64,000 nt of DNA, from the NCBI GenBank assembly GCA_964016885.1, contig OZ024745.1, positions 16,740,001 to 16,804,000 on the forward strand. The letters run 5' to 3'. This DNA comes from Eledone cirrhosa. Lineage: Eukaryota. The notes under the pieces are model-generated. The model saw only the letters and a list, made by a program, of their open reading frames with translations, did no database searches and was not told the origin of the DNA. Positions within the stretch are counted from its first letter, which is position 1; every line of letters starts with the position of its first letter. Made by a program: the position numbers and the translations under genes. Below, piece by piece: positions 1-11,916 of the stretch.

Positions 1-336
1 CGTTGGATTTCAATTTACCACTCTGCTATGTAGTAAATTAGACGCTTCCAACCGAATAAAATATATTTGATAGCTCAGCAAATTATTTTATTCAAGACTC
101 CCCAATCCTCTCGGGAGATATTCAGATTCTAGTTGTATCAGTATATCCTTATAGATTCGCAGTTCAATTCCCACCAAAGTATTATTTGCATTGCGTCATT
201 CACAGAAATATACGGTCTCGTGTGTTAGAAAGCAATTAGTGAGTACAGTGATTAATCTTTCCATCTGCACATTATAAATATATAATATGTCGAAAATCAA
301 TCAATGGCAATATTGATATTCAATAATAAATGAGCA

Positions 337-512
337 GTGGATTGGCAGTATCGGTAGAGCGTCGGACATCTACGCTCTGAATTTAAATCCCACCGGGTTA
401 GCTTTTCCTTTCACCTTCTCGGGGTCGAGAAATTAAGGCGCCAGTTATGCACTGGGCTAGATTTAGCGACATTCACCCCCACAAAAAAAAAAAAAAAATT
501 GCTGGCCTTGTA
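337..512 (+). mobile_element. tRNA-derived SINE, diverged long variant
   Basis: GTGGATTGGCAGTATCGGTAGAG head (A-box like), decayed B-box, TTTCACCTTCTCGGGGTCGA core, GCTGGCCTTGT 3' end; homologous to the other copies in the window. Confidence 0.75.
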
Positions 513-918
513 TATAAATGACACTCTACTGCAGAGGTTTTCAAACAATATCACCAATTTTAGTGTATCTAGGATAATCTCTAGTTATATCGTGAAATTA
601 AACAAAATCTCATTAATTTGTAACCAAATATTAGAGATATTACAATTTTACTTACAATTAGAGATGTGACTGCTAAAAAGTGGTACAATATTTCACTGTT
701 TATATATTTATTTCACTAATTTCGTGTCACTGGCAAAACTAAAATAATGACATTTTTTTCATTTTGTAAACGTATGTTAAAAACGTGTAAAGTTTGGAAG
801 TTGTTCCTTAAAAAACATGGGAGCACATTAGATAATATAAACCAACAGAAATTTTGGACGAAAACGCCTCATCAAGTAGATAAAGATTTGATTGCTAACT
901 TAACTAGGAATGGTCACT

Positions 919-1244
919 AATAATAATTGTTTCTACGTTTGGCACAAGGCCAGCAATTACCCAGTGCATTACTGGTACTTTATTTTGTCGACCCCGTAAG
1001 GATGAAAGGCAAAGTTAACCTCGGCGGGATTTGAACTCGGACCATAGAGGGCCGTAACTCTTTGCTGCAAAGCATGGCGTCAGACCCTCTACCGATACTG
1101 CCAAACCACCGCCCTAATAATAATTGTTTCTACTTTTGGTACAAGGCCAGCAATTACCCAGTGCATTACTGTTACTTTATTTTATTGACCCCGTAAGGAT
1201 GAAAGGCAAAGTTAACCTTGGCGGGATTTGAACTCAGAATGGCA
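919..1244 (-). mobile_element. SINE dimer: full copy 919-1114 plus 5'-truncated copy 1115-1244
   Basis: Reverse strand has A-box TGGCAGTATCGG, B-box GAGTTCAAATCC, core GCCTTTCATCCTTACGGGGTCGA (resembles the Meta-type SINE domain, from memory) and (ATT)n tail. The pair is flanked by the direct repeat AATGGTCACTAATAATAA at about 909 and 1246. Confidence 0.9.
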
Positions 1245-1574
1245 AATGGTCACTAATAATAATAAAACTGAATTGAAACTAAACAGGTACAATATTTGTT
1301 TCAATATTTATTTTGCACAAGTTTTCCCATCAAGAATCTTGAAAAACATATTCAAAACTTAAATTTTAAACATTATTCCCATGGAAATAATGTTACTATC
1401 AGAATATGACTCAAAACCACACCTTTTGCAATAAGAATGTCTCGATTTAATAGCGAAAGTTTGGTTGAAATACAGAGTTGACTTAGTATTTATTAACACA
1501 CACAATAAGTATTTACAACATTTATGTATAGCCGTTAAATACATGGCTATACATAAACACTTACAATTAATGTG

Positions 1575-1617
<43 letters not shown>

Positions 1618-1618
<1 letters not shown>

Positions 1619-2132
1619 AAAAAGAAAAATGTTCGTTCTACATGGCTGAATACAATAAATGTAATCTAAGTTTTTCGAATATTAATAATTGTTTCTACTA
1701 TTGGCACAAGGCCAGAAAATTACCCAGTACATTACTGGTACTTTATTTTATCGACCCCGTAAGGATGAAAGGCAAAGTTAACCTCGGCGGGATTTGAACT
1801 CAGAATGGCAAGGGCCGTAACTCTATGCGTCAAAGCATGGCGTCCGAATAACATTTGATTAGTTTGCAATTATCAAACAAGCCTCAATTGTATAGCCATG
1901 TCAGTACAATGAACCCTTCATTCTTGCTCTTGTGTTGGCATGTGAACAGAACTGCAGACACTAATGGTTGTGGGTATCAACCTTTCATCAGTACAGTCAC
2001 TGTTCACCTGCCTAACTGTCAGAGCTAGTGAAGAGTTCATTCTACTGACATGGCTATAAAATTGGGGCTTGTTTGCATAATTGCAAACGAATCGAATGTT
2101 ATTATTAATATTCGAAAAACTCAGATTACATG

Positions 2133-2137
<5 letters not shown>
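1618..2137 (-). mobile_element. PLE terminal-repeat fold-back with degenerate hammerhead near the apex, interrupted by a SINE
   Basis: Arms about 1657-1920 and 2030-2137 are inverted copies; minus-strand CTGATGA at 1991-1985 with a long stem I; flanked by (TA)n; same family recurs at 13210-13385. Confidence 0.65.
1685..1847 (-). mobile_element. SINE, 5'-truncated
   Basis: Same family as 919-1114; inserted at an AAT site inside the fold-back element. Confidence 0.9.
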
Positions 2138-2201
<64 letters not shown>

Positions 2202-2371
2202 TATATATAAATATATATGTATATATATCCTCTTTTTCTAAATTTCTTACTATAATTTTCCGTGCTACTGTGCGGTACTATCTTTCAATATATGGATAAT
2301 ATATCTGTAATATTGATCCCCTTTTCAAAACTTCCTACTATAATTTAAATATCTCCCTATTTATTATTTAT

Positions 2372-2551
2372 TGGTAGTATCTGTAGAGGGTCGGACGCCA
2401 TACTTTGACGCATAGAGTTACGGCCCTCTCCATTCTGAGTTCAAATCTCGCCGAGGTTGACTTTGCCTTTCATCCTTACGGGGTCGATAAAATAAAGTAC
2501 CAGTAACGCACTGGGTAATTGCTGTCCTTGTGCCAAAAGTAGAAACAATTA
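2372..2551 (+). mobile_element. SINE
   Basis: TTGGTAGTATCTGTAGAGGG...GAGTTCAAATCTCGCCGAGG...CTTGTGCCAAAAGTAGAAACAATT. Confidence 0.9.
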
Positions 2552-2559
2552 TATCTATA

Positions 2560-3220
2560 TATATTATTACTTTTGTTATTTACTTCAGTGAAGGTTTTTC
2601 CTTTTAATGTCTAATTTTCAATCTTAATTTACACCGTGAAACCATAATATCTAGAATTATGTTTATACTCTCTTAGCGGGGTTGGTCTATTGTCCAAGCA
2701 TATTCTAGGGGTAGTATCGAAGCCTATTGAAACTCATACTCTGCCACCACCACTAGGTTTCGGTCGACGGCCACTGGAAGGGCGAATAGCAGTAAACTAT
2801 AACCGTGCCATATTACCGCCCTGGATGGGGGTGATTGTTTGGTTGGGGGGAGGGGGGACCTGCCTAGGTTAGTTTTGTAGAGTATTGGGGTGGTTGATGG
2901 TCAACTTCCTTCGCATTTGTGCCTGCGCAAACATTTGGAGGTGAATTAGGGCTCACAAGTGAAAGGGCAAAGTATTCAAGAACACACGCTTTGTCCGTTC
3001 CCTTGTCGTTTCAATTTGGATTGCCTCGGGAACTTAACCTTAGTAAAAAGCTTTCTGATGATGTCATGGCACTGGGTACACGGAATCGTGTGGTCACAGT
3101 CGTCATTGAAATATGTATCACAGCATTATCAATAAAGGACACTGTACGGATAATAATTCGGGCTGTTTGTTTACAAACAAACCGAGCATTATAATAAGTG
3201 TTCGGTAAACACATTCGTAC
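2560..3220 (-). mobile_element. Highly decayed PLE 3' end (endonuclease C-terminal remnant plus degenerate hammerhead)
   Basis: Minus frame NVFTEHLL*CSVC resembles the PLE GIY-YIG C-terminus; minus-strand GACC-GAAA-CCTAGT with stem I CTGCTATTCGCC/GGTGGTGGCAG near 2741-2792, core box decayed. Confidence 0.4.
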
Positions 3221-3282
3221 ATATATATATGTGTGCATGTATATATATACATACTACTGTACTGTATATATATATATATATA

Positions 3283-3534
3283 TATTGGTAAACGGAATAG
3301 AAAATCAGAGCAAACAGCACGGACACTCTATCTCAAAATTATTTTTGAAAAGCATTTAGAAATGCGCAACCGGTAAAACTTAAAAACTTAAAACCACAAC
3401 TGAATACTAACCCATACAATCACTAATACTCTTTTATTCCTAATTAAACCATTTTTCAACTGTGAACAATTTGTCAGCATTTTCTATTCCGTTTACCAAT
3501 ATATAATAACTTGTGTGTTACACCTCTATTCTTT

Positions 3535-3540
<6 letters not shown>
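3283..3540 (+). mobile_element. Solo PLE terminal repeat with a short inverted copy of its 3' part
   Basis: Homologous to 18893-19070, the 3' end of the PLE; ATATTGGTAAACGGAATAGAAAAT at the left is the reverse complement of ATTTTCTATTCCGTTTACCAATAT near 3479-3502; in (TA)n. Confidence 0.75.
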
Positions 3541-3569
<29 letters not shown>

Positions 3570-3573
<4 letters not shown>

Positions 3574-4846
3574 CCTGGGTATGACATTAAACTACATCCA
3601 GTGGCAAGGCTCCAGTTCGGGAGTTCGGGAGATCAGGAGCTGTGGGGAATGTGGAGTTACCCCTTAATTGTGATAACTCCCAGGTCTGCTCTGCCCCGGA
3701 GCAGTAGTACCTATTAGGGCCCCATTTATGGGTTAAATAACACCCTTATTCGAGTGGCGCCGGTAAGGTATTGTCAGCCATTGGAAAGAAATATGGAAAG
3801 TCTATCTAACAGCAGTAGGGCTAGAGCCCCTAATTACACTGTCAAGGAGCAGTCTGGTCGTTATGACTCTGCTGGCTTAGAGCCTGAGGGAGGGCCAGTG
3901 GATCATGGATCGGCTGTCTTAGAGACAAATATAAAGAATGCAGTTTTCTCCTGCAGAAGAGCCATCAAAATGGGCACTTTGAATGTGAGGACTATTCGGA
4001 CGCTGGAGAAGAGAGAGGAGTTGGGACATCTGTTCGAGGAGAGTGGTATACAGATACTTGCGATCCAAGAACACAGGATCCTACATGATGAGCTCGCGAG
4101 GAGTGTGATGATTGGGAAGAGGAGCCAACTCATCACAACATCGGCAGTGAGGAACATGACCAATGCTGCAGTGGGAGGAGTGGGTTTTGTTTTCAGCACA
4201 AAAACCAGTCTATTTGTGAGGTAAACAATATCTGTCTCCCCGCGTGTGTTGAGGGTGACCTTCAATGGAAACCCGAGACTGACAGTTATCTCAGCCTATA
4301 GTCCAACCGAGGGAGACAGTGATGTGAGTGCGGAAGTGTTCCATGAGGAGGTGTGTAGAGCTGTCAACACCACACAAGCACACAACATCCTGCTTGTTTT
4401 TGGGGACTTCAATGCACATCTGAGTAAGGAGGGCAGTGAAGATACTTGTTAGTACCTCCATAACAACACCAATCGAAATGGAAGACTACAGAGAGACAAC
4501 CTGCAGGAAGCAAACATGATAGCGACCAACGTAAGGTTTAGGAAGAATCCGGGGAAGATGTGGACCTACATCTCAGATATGCACCTGTCCAAGTTTCAAA
4601 TTGATTTCATTCTGGTGAGGAAAAGGTGGCAGAATAGTGTTCTGAAAACAGAACCATACAACTACTTCAGTACACTGGGTAGTGACCACCCGCTTGTTAT
4701 GAGTGAGGTCCGGGTGAGCTTAAGAAAGAGCAAGGCTCAGCCCCGGAGAGCAAACTATGACTGGGGCGCTTTCAAGGAAGATGATAAGGTACAGGAGAGG
4801 TTCACAGTGGAAGTGAGGAACAGGTTCATGGCTCTGTGTGGAGAGA

Positions 4847-4882
<36 letters not shown>

Positions 4883-6900
4883 GATGGACTGAGGAGAGTG
4901 TGACGAGGAGGTACGGGCACTTCACCAATGCAGTGGCGGAAGCAAGTGAGACCCTGGTGCCGAGGAGAAAGAACAAAAGGAAGCATGTCAGATCTGCAGA
5001 CCCAAAAGTGTGTGCAGCCAGAGAACACCTGGAAGCTGCCAAGGTCCAATTCTATGCTGATCATACGGAGGAGAGGATGGAGACTATGGAGATGATGAGG
5101 GAAGAGCTCTGTACCGCTTACACTGAGGTCAGATAGGAGGCACTGATAGAGAAGATCTGAAGTGTGAAGAGAGCGGTTGACAGGTCTGGATGTAAGGAGA
5201 GCAGGATGATCATCAACGAGATCACAAGGAGGAAGAGAAGGTGTTCGAATCAGATCCAGGGAACAGGGCCCGGGGATAGGAAGAGGAAATGTCTAGACCA
5301 TTTTAGGACCCTACTAGGAGAGCCGCCATCCACAGCCCAGAGCACTGGGGAGATCAGGCGGCTGTTTCAAGAACTGGATATTGAGACAGAGCCCTTCACC
5401 AGAGAGGATCTTCAGAGAGCCAAGAAGAAGGTCAAGGAGGGCAAGGCTCATGGAGAAGATGGAGTGGCATCAGAGGTGATGAGGAGGTGTGATTTTGATG
5501 ATATCATCCTGGGGTTCTGTAACCAGAAACTGGAGAAAGGAGTTGCCTCGAATCAGTGGAGGATCAGTAACATCGTCCCAGTGCCAAAGAAGGGAGATCT
5601 TTCTAACACCAACAACTACAGGGGGATCTCACTGACGTCACTTGTTTCAAAGACCCTCAACAGGATGATTCTTAACAGGATCCAGCCTGAGATGGAGAAG
5701 AAGCTCATGGACAACCAGAACGGCTTCAGAGAGGGAAGATTAACCACCAGTCACATCCTGATGCTGATGGAGGATATTAGAGGGAGCTAGGGCAAAGTGC
5801 CTTCCTGCGGTCATGAGTTTTATTGACTTTAGGAAGGCCTTTGATTCTGTGGACCGTCACTGCCTGATGAAGATCTTACAGGCTTATGGAATCCCCAAGA
5901 AGATAGTGGACCTGATATCACTGCTCTATACCAACGCCAAAGCCCAAGTCATTACGCCTGATGGGATGACAGAGTTCTTTAAGATACTGGCTCGTGTGCT
6001 CCAGGGAGATATATTGGCTTCCTACCTTTTTATAATCGTAGTGGACTATTATATGCGCCTTTCACTGGAGAAACACCAGGACTCTGGCTTTACTGTAGCA
6101 CGGGCCCAGAGCAGGAGAGTTAAGGCGAAAAAGATATCGGATGCTGAATTTGCCGACGACATAGTTTTGGTGACAAATACAGTGAAGGAGGCAGAGAATT
6201 TGATGCAGGAGGTTCAGACTGTGTAGATGAGTGTGGGGCTGAGAATGAATGAGACTAAAACAAAATATCTGGTAGAGAATGTTGAGAAGCCAGAGGGGAT
6301 CACTAATGTAGGCGGGAAGCCGCTAGAATTGGTTGAGGACTTCCTGTATTTGGGAACAAAGATTGGGAATACGGAGGATGATGTGGTTGAGAGGAAGAGC
6401 AAACACTGGGCGGCGTGCCACAGCTTGACATCGGTGTGGAAGTCGGACCTTCGTAAAGACCTGAAAATCCGCCTCTTCACTGATGTAGTGGAGTTTGTGC
6501 TGCTGTACGGGTCTGAGACTTGGACACTGACCAAGAAACTCACTGAGATTGGATGGGTGCTACCCGAGAATGCTCTGAACATTAATCAGTATACACTGAG
6601 GATGAACACTTAGAGCTGTATGGGAGCCTCCCAAACGTCAGCCCGAAAGTAACACAGGAGACTGAGGTTAGGTGGACATGCTCACCGACATCCAGAGTTA
6701 ACATTGCACTCAGTGCTCATGTGGGAGCCCCTAAATGTCACACTAGAAGAGGAAGACCAAGGTTAATGTATGTTTATGCCCCAAGGACAGACACTGGTTT
6801 GTTGGAGACGCAGGACATGGCAGCGATAATGAGGGACAGAGACCGCTGGAGAGAACTCGTCCATGGATCTTGGGAATTTTAACCGCCCTAGAAAAAAAAA
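3570..6900 (+). mobile_element. RTE-clade LINE, near full length, decayed
   Basis: Single ORF region with APE endonuclease and RT, about 220-bp leader, short A tail, (TA)n on both flanks. Confidence 0.85.
3793..6890 (+). pseudogene. APE endonuclease-reverse transcriptase polyprotein with several stops and frameshifts
   Basis: APE motifs GTLNVRT, LAIQEHR, SAYSPT, GDFNAH, IDFIL, SDH; RT motifs VPVPKKGD, NYRGISL, QNGFR, FIDFRKAFDSV, VLQGD, FADD, FLYLG, LLYGSETW. Confidence 0.9.
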
Positions 6901-8003
6901 TATATATATATATAAATATATATGATGCCACTCATGTTGTCTAAAGTTGGTGAGATGAGATTAAGTTAATATTTAAAGTTTTCATTTATTTCAATCTCAT
7001 CTACCTCGATTTGAAAACATAGACATCATCTATCCATCCGTCAGCATTTGAACACGATGCGTAAATGCCATGAATACTCCACGTAAATGAATCCACTAAA
7101 ATATAGATTTTTATTATCCTTCACCTTTACTATTGGCATTAATTATAGAAACGCTGGAACAGATGAAATACTCTAATTGTAAAATACCTTAGGAAAAATT
7201 CAAAGGAAATTGAAAAATATTAACATGTGTTCAAATTTAATGAGTACGCCTTTAGAGAAATATTCTAAATGAAGTCAGTTCCGTACAACGAGCCAATAGT
7301 TTCTTCACCTAGATTGCGTTCATTTTAGAATTTTCTTCTATTTTTACTTCATATTCTGGTTTTAATATTTACTGCGTTAAAATATACTTTCATAATATTG
7401 TATAATTCACTTTGAATTCGATTTTTTCCCGCTAGTCAAATAAGAGATATACCTGGATATCAAGCATTTCTGCACCATGTTACCAACACCTACGAGAAGT
7501 AAAACCTTAATTACAGCATATATAAACATATTTTTTTAATGAAATAATGGTGTCTTCCCACAATCAATTTACAAGACAGAAAATTTGCAGAGTCTACCTG
7601 CTTGTCGGACGAAAAGTGGTTCGGTATCGAGTTCAACTTTGCCCTTCAGCTTTTAGAAATCAATAAATTAAAAAGAACTACAATACTGTGTTCAATTTTC
7701 TCTCGCTTTCTCTCCGTATATATTCATATATTTAAAAATCATATCAAATTCACAGACTCAGTTCAAAAACACTTTTCCTCTAATCTTCACTTTTCCGGAG
7801 CCTCCTCATCGCATACATATTGTATCTACACACACAATACTTCACTGCCACCCTCCACACAAAATACACTGAAAAGATACGTGCTTCTTGATGTAGATAT
7901 ACTGCACTGATTTACATACTCTCACAGCGCCATTTAACAGATATATATGCATCTATATACACACACTGATATACAACCAACACACCCATAAATACAAACA
8001 GAT

Positions 8004-8189
8004 GAGACTTCTGATGTCCTTGGCCCTAAGACCACCACGCTACACACAATCCTCGGCATGGACTTGGTTACCTACAGGTGTGAGCCTCGCGAGCTGGAAT
8101 GGCTCTCCCAACGTGTCTCTCTCACCATCCTCCGGGGAAAAGCCTTCTCTATTCTGTCCGCTGGGAACAAGGAGCGCCATGTTCGTTGA
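8004..8189 (+). pseudogene. C-terminal fragment of an RLE-type (CRE-like) non-LTR retrotransposon ORF
   Basis: Frame absent from the ORF track: ETSDVLGPKTTTLHTILGMDLVTYRCEPRELEWLSQRVSLTILRGKAFSILSAG, matching the ETxGxxGP...WLxQRxSxxIxRGNA pattern of CRE-type RLE C-termini. Confidence 0.65.
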
Positions 8190-8839
8190 TTCCCATTTGC
8201 TTATAATAGTGAGAGGTGGGGAGAGCGAAAGAGATTGAGGCAGTCAGTGGAAAAGGGTTAATGATATTGACCAAACAATTTTATAATGACAATCAGTAGT
8301 TTATCAGACAATACAAACATATAAAAATCACTTTTGCCATTTGACACCTAGAAAGAAAATATAATACACACAACACCACAATCGGAATACGTACACGCTA
8401 TCAACAAGCAAAAACACACAGGAATACATGCGTAATAATATACACACACGCAGTCAGCCTTCCAATTCGCTCTCCTCTCATTAGACATTAGATTTGACTA
8501 TAAACTTCCCGTCAGTTCATTACTATGTTCACAAGTGGCCAATCGTTGCAACATTTACCTTATCTTTCCTCTCTTACCTTGGTTTCTGTGCCATCCTTTC
8601 ATAATTTTACAATTTACTATAACCTGTCTTGTGTTCTTTGCATCATTAACATTAACCCTGTCATCATCGTCGTCACCATCATCCTTCTACCTTCAACTAC
8701 TATTTGCAGTATCCTGCGTTTCGATGAATAATTTAATAGCAATAGTCGTTGAAATATTTTGTATTTATTCTTGGGCAAAGTTGAGGTCTTAGAAAATAAA
8801 CTAAATTCAACAATATCACACCAAATACTATTAATAATA

Positions 8840-9173
8840 CGAGGTCGGCTGAAAAGGTCATAGGCTGACTAAGATACTCTCATGGAATGAAAAAATTAGG
8901 TTTATTCTTCAACATATTCCATGGAAAGGAACTTTGCAGTTAAGAAATGTTGAAATTAATGCATGCAACTTTTCACAGCTCTAGCATCAATCCTTCATAG
9001 GCTGACCAAGATACACCCATGGAATGACCAAATGAGGTTTATTTTTCAAGATATTCCCTGGAAAGAAACAACACAGTTATTAAAAAGGAGAGTTGAAAGT
9101 AATGCATACAAGATTTCACAGCTCCAGCATTACTCCTTCATAGTCAACCTATGAACTTTTCAGTCGACCCTCG
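8840..9173. mobile_element. Tc1/mariner-type MITE with internally duplicated body
   Basis: TA-CGAGGTCGGCTGAAAAGGTCATAGGCTGAC ... GTCAACCTATGAACTTTTCAGTCGACCCTCG-TA; about 30-bp TIRs and TA target duplication. Confidence 0.85.
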
Positions 9174-10159
9174 TATAATATATTGATGATTTTATACACA
9201 CGCCATCCTTGTGCTATTCAGTGACTACTGTTCATTTCCTCACACACTCTTGCTGTGTATGAGACTCTCTGTGTGTGTATGTGTGTGTGTGTATGTGTGT
9301 GTGTGAGAGAGAGAGAGTGTGTGTGTGTTGTAGTGTGAGTGTCTGTGAATGTATAATTTTGCAAGAATGTACGGTAGCGCGTGCTTGTGTGTATATGTTT
9401 TTGCGTGTGTTTGCGTGTATGCATGTTCGTTTGTGCAAGTATATTTCCAGTGATTTCTTTAAAAAACTTTTTCTTGCCTGTTGCATTATGTATGTGTGTA
9501 GACTGACCATTGTGGTAGTCACTTCACATTGTGTCATGTCCTATTAGTTCAAGAGCTGCCGCTCCAACTGTTGCGTTACACTCTTCCTCTATTCCTTGTG
9601 GTTACTTGTCAAGATCTCTATTTGTGGTGATTTCCTTGCCTTCTATTTTAGGAACATTTCTTTCCAGTATTGCTATGAAGATTTTTCGCTTTCTCTTCTT
9701 GACACGTGTCGGAAGACATCGAAATATATCGTATTGTCTTGTCTTATCTCGCAATTTGACGAGGTTTTTCTTTGTAATTTTATCCCGGATAGCTCTTTGC
9801 TTTTGAGGGACTGGATAATGGTGTACTGTATTAGCTTTAGAAACAAAGATTCCTCCAGATGACACATGACGTGTAGGAAATATCCGAGTTTACAATTTCC
9901 TTCCCTTTGTCCTCTCAGTTATTATTGTCGTTATATATATAGAGATATGATAAAAACCACAAACCCTCCATCTCAATTCTACTTTTGAAAAGCAGTAGAA
10001 CTACGAAACCGGTAAATGAACCAAATAAATATATATTTAAAAAAAAAAAAGATTCAAGTTGCATTTCGATTTCATCTTTTTTCCTTATACTTTCACTCGT
10101 GTAGGACACCGCGGTTTTATTCATTTTATAAAAAAACCTCACTTTCTAATATATATATA

Positions 10160-10217
<58 letters not shown>

Positions 10218-10440
10218 TTATGTATTTGGTAATTCCGAAGGAAAAGCAAAGGAAAAAAGAGTGCTCTATGTATAGAACTGAGCTGTCAGAGAGAGATGTT
10301 AGAGATAAAAGATATATCTATAACATCTCTGTCTGACGACCGATCCAGACGTATATTATTATCGACTGTGATCCAGAAACCTTTGGTAATGGAGTAGTTA
10401 TATTTTGTGTTGTTAAAATATATATATATATGTGTGTGTA

Positions 10441-10488
<48 letters not shown>

Positions 10489-10691
10489 TGTGTGTGTGTG
10501 TACAGAAATTTAACATATATAAATATGTCTTTGTACGTTTGCGTGGCATGCAGTTCAAACCGTGGTATGTTTAACGCTTTCAGTAGAATTTCCCTAAATG
10601 GTTCATCCATTTACAAACGGCTTGATATATTCAAACCATTTCACTCTTCTGAGTGTTTTAAGTATACAGTTCTAGTCATTTGAGTTGCATT

Positions 10692-10875
10692 AAATAATTG
10701 TTTCTACTTTTGGCACAAGGCTAGCAATTACTCAGTACATTACTGGTACTTTATTTTATCGACCCCGTAAGGATGAAAGGCAAAGTTAACCTCGGCGGGA
10801 TTTGAACTCAGATCATAAAGGGACGTAATTCTATGCATCAAAGCATGGCGTCCGCCCCTCTACTGATACTGCCAT
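10692..10875 (-). mobile_element. SINE
   Basis: Same family as 919-1114. Confidence 0.9.
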
Positions 10876-10982
10876 GCATTAAATAATGTTTACTAACAAG
10901 TACCAACATTTATGAAACTCTAAAACGGAGCCCAGGAATAGTGGTAGAAGTGTTACATAAATTACATATATATATAATATAT

Positions 10983-10984
<2 letters not shown>

Positions 10985-11055
<71 letters not shown>

Positions 11056-11200
11056 AAGAGAAAGAGAGAGAGAGAGAGAAGGCAAAATGATTGAAAGAGA
11101 AAGAAAAAAAAGAGGGAGAAAATAGAGAGTGAATGAGAGAGAAAGAGAGGAGAGAAATAGTGAGAGAAAAATAGAGACAGGAAATATGAGAGAGAGAGAA
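10985..11200. repeat. (GA)n-rich low-complexity tract
   Basis: Direct inspection. Confidence 0.9.
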
Positions 11201-11843
11201 AGATCATGCCCACCTCTATTATTCAAACCAATCATCCTCAATACACACAGATGATAGAGAGTTAATAGATATATTGTATAATGAATATATTCTTAACGAT
11301 ATCATTTTCTGTCATTTTATATGGACAGTCTCAATAAAGATGCACTGTCTTATACAAGATACATAAATTAAGATATCTTCGGCAGTAAAGGATTTGACAT
11401 TAAATACTTTCTGATTTAGTCTGTTATCTACCGTGAGCTGAAATAAATTAAAACTAGTTAATAGTAATGAAGCTATCGCGATATTGTTATTGCTGTAATT
11501 CATCACAAACTTTTCGCTGTTTATTGTTCAGGAAGAAACAGTTTATGTATGATGGTTTATAAGTATTGTTCACGGACAGATGTCTACTATAGATTGTATG
11601 GTTTATAATTATCTTTTAAGCAGTGACAAATTTTATATCTACTCTTATACACACTGTTGTTTAACCGGAGGCAAAGTATGTAGACAAATATCTACTTAAT
11701 TCACGGTAAAGTGAGTTATAATTCCATCCACAAATAGATATAGATATAAAATGACTGATCATATCTCCCCCCCCCCCCTCAAGAGCGTGAAACTAATAAA
11801 CCTTTGTTCGTACTGCCTCTCTGTTTTGTTCCCGTTCCATTTT

Positions 11844-11916
<73 letters not shown>

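Noticed and set aside
6945-7005. GAGATGAGATT/AATCTCATCT hairpin as a pre-miRNA
   Set aside because: Short paired region with a large AT-rich interior and no supporting evidence
9500-9910. Possible decayed endonuclease-coding fragment on the minus strand
   Set aside because: Too degenerate to assign motifs reliably
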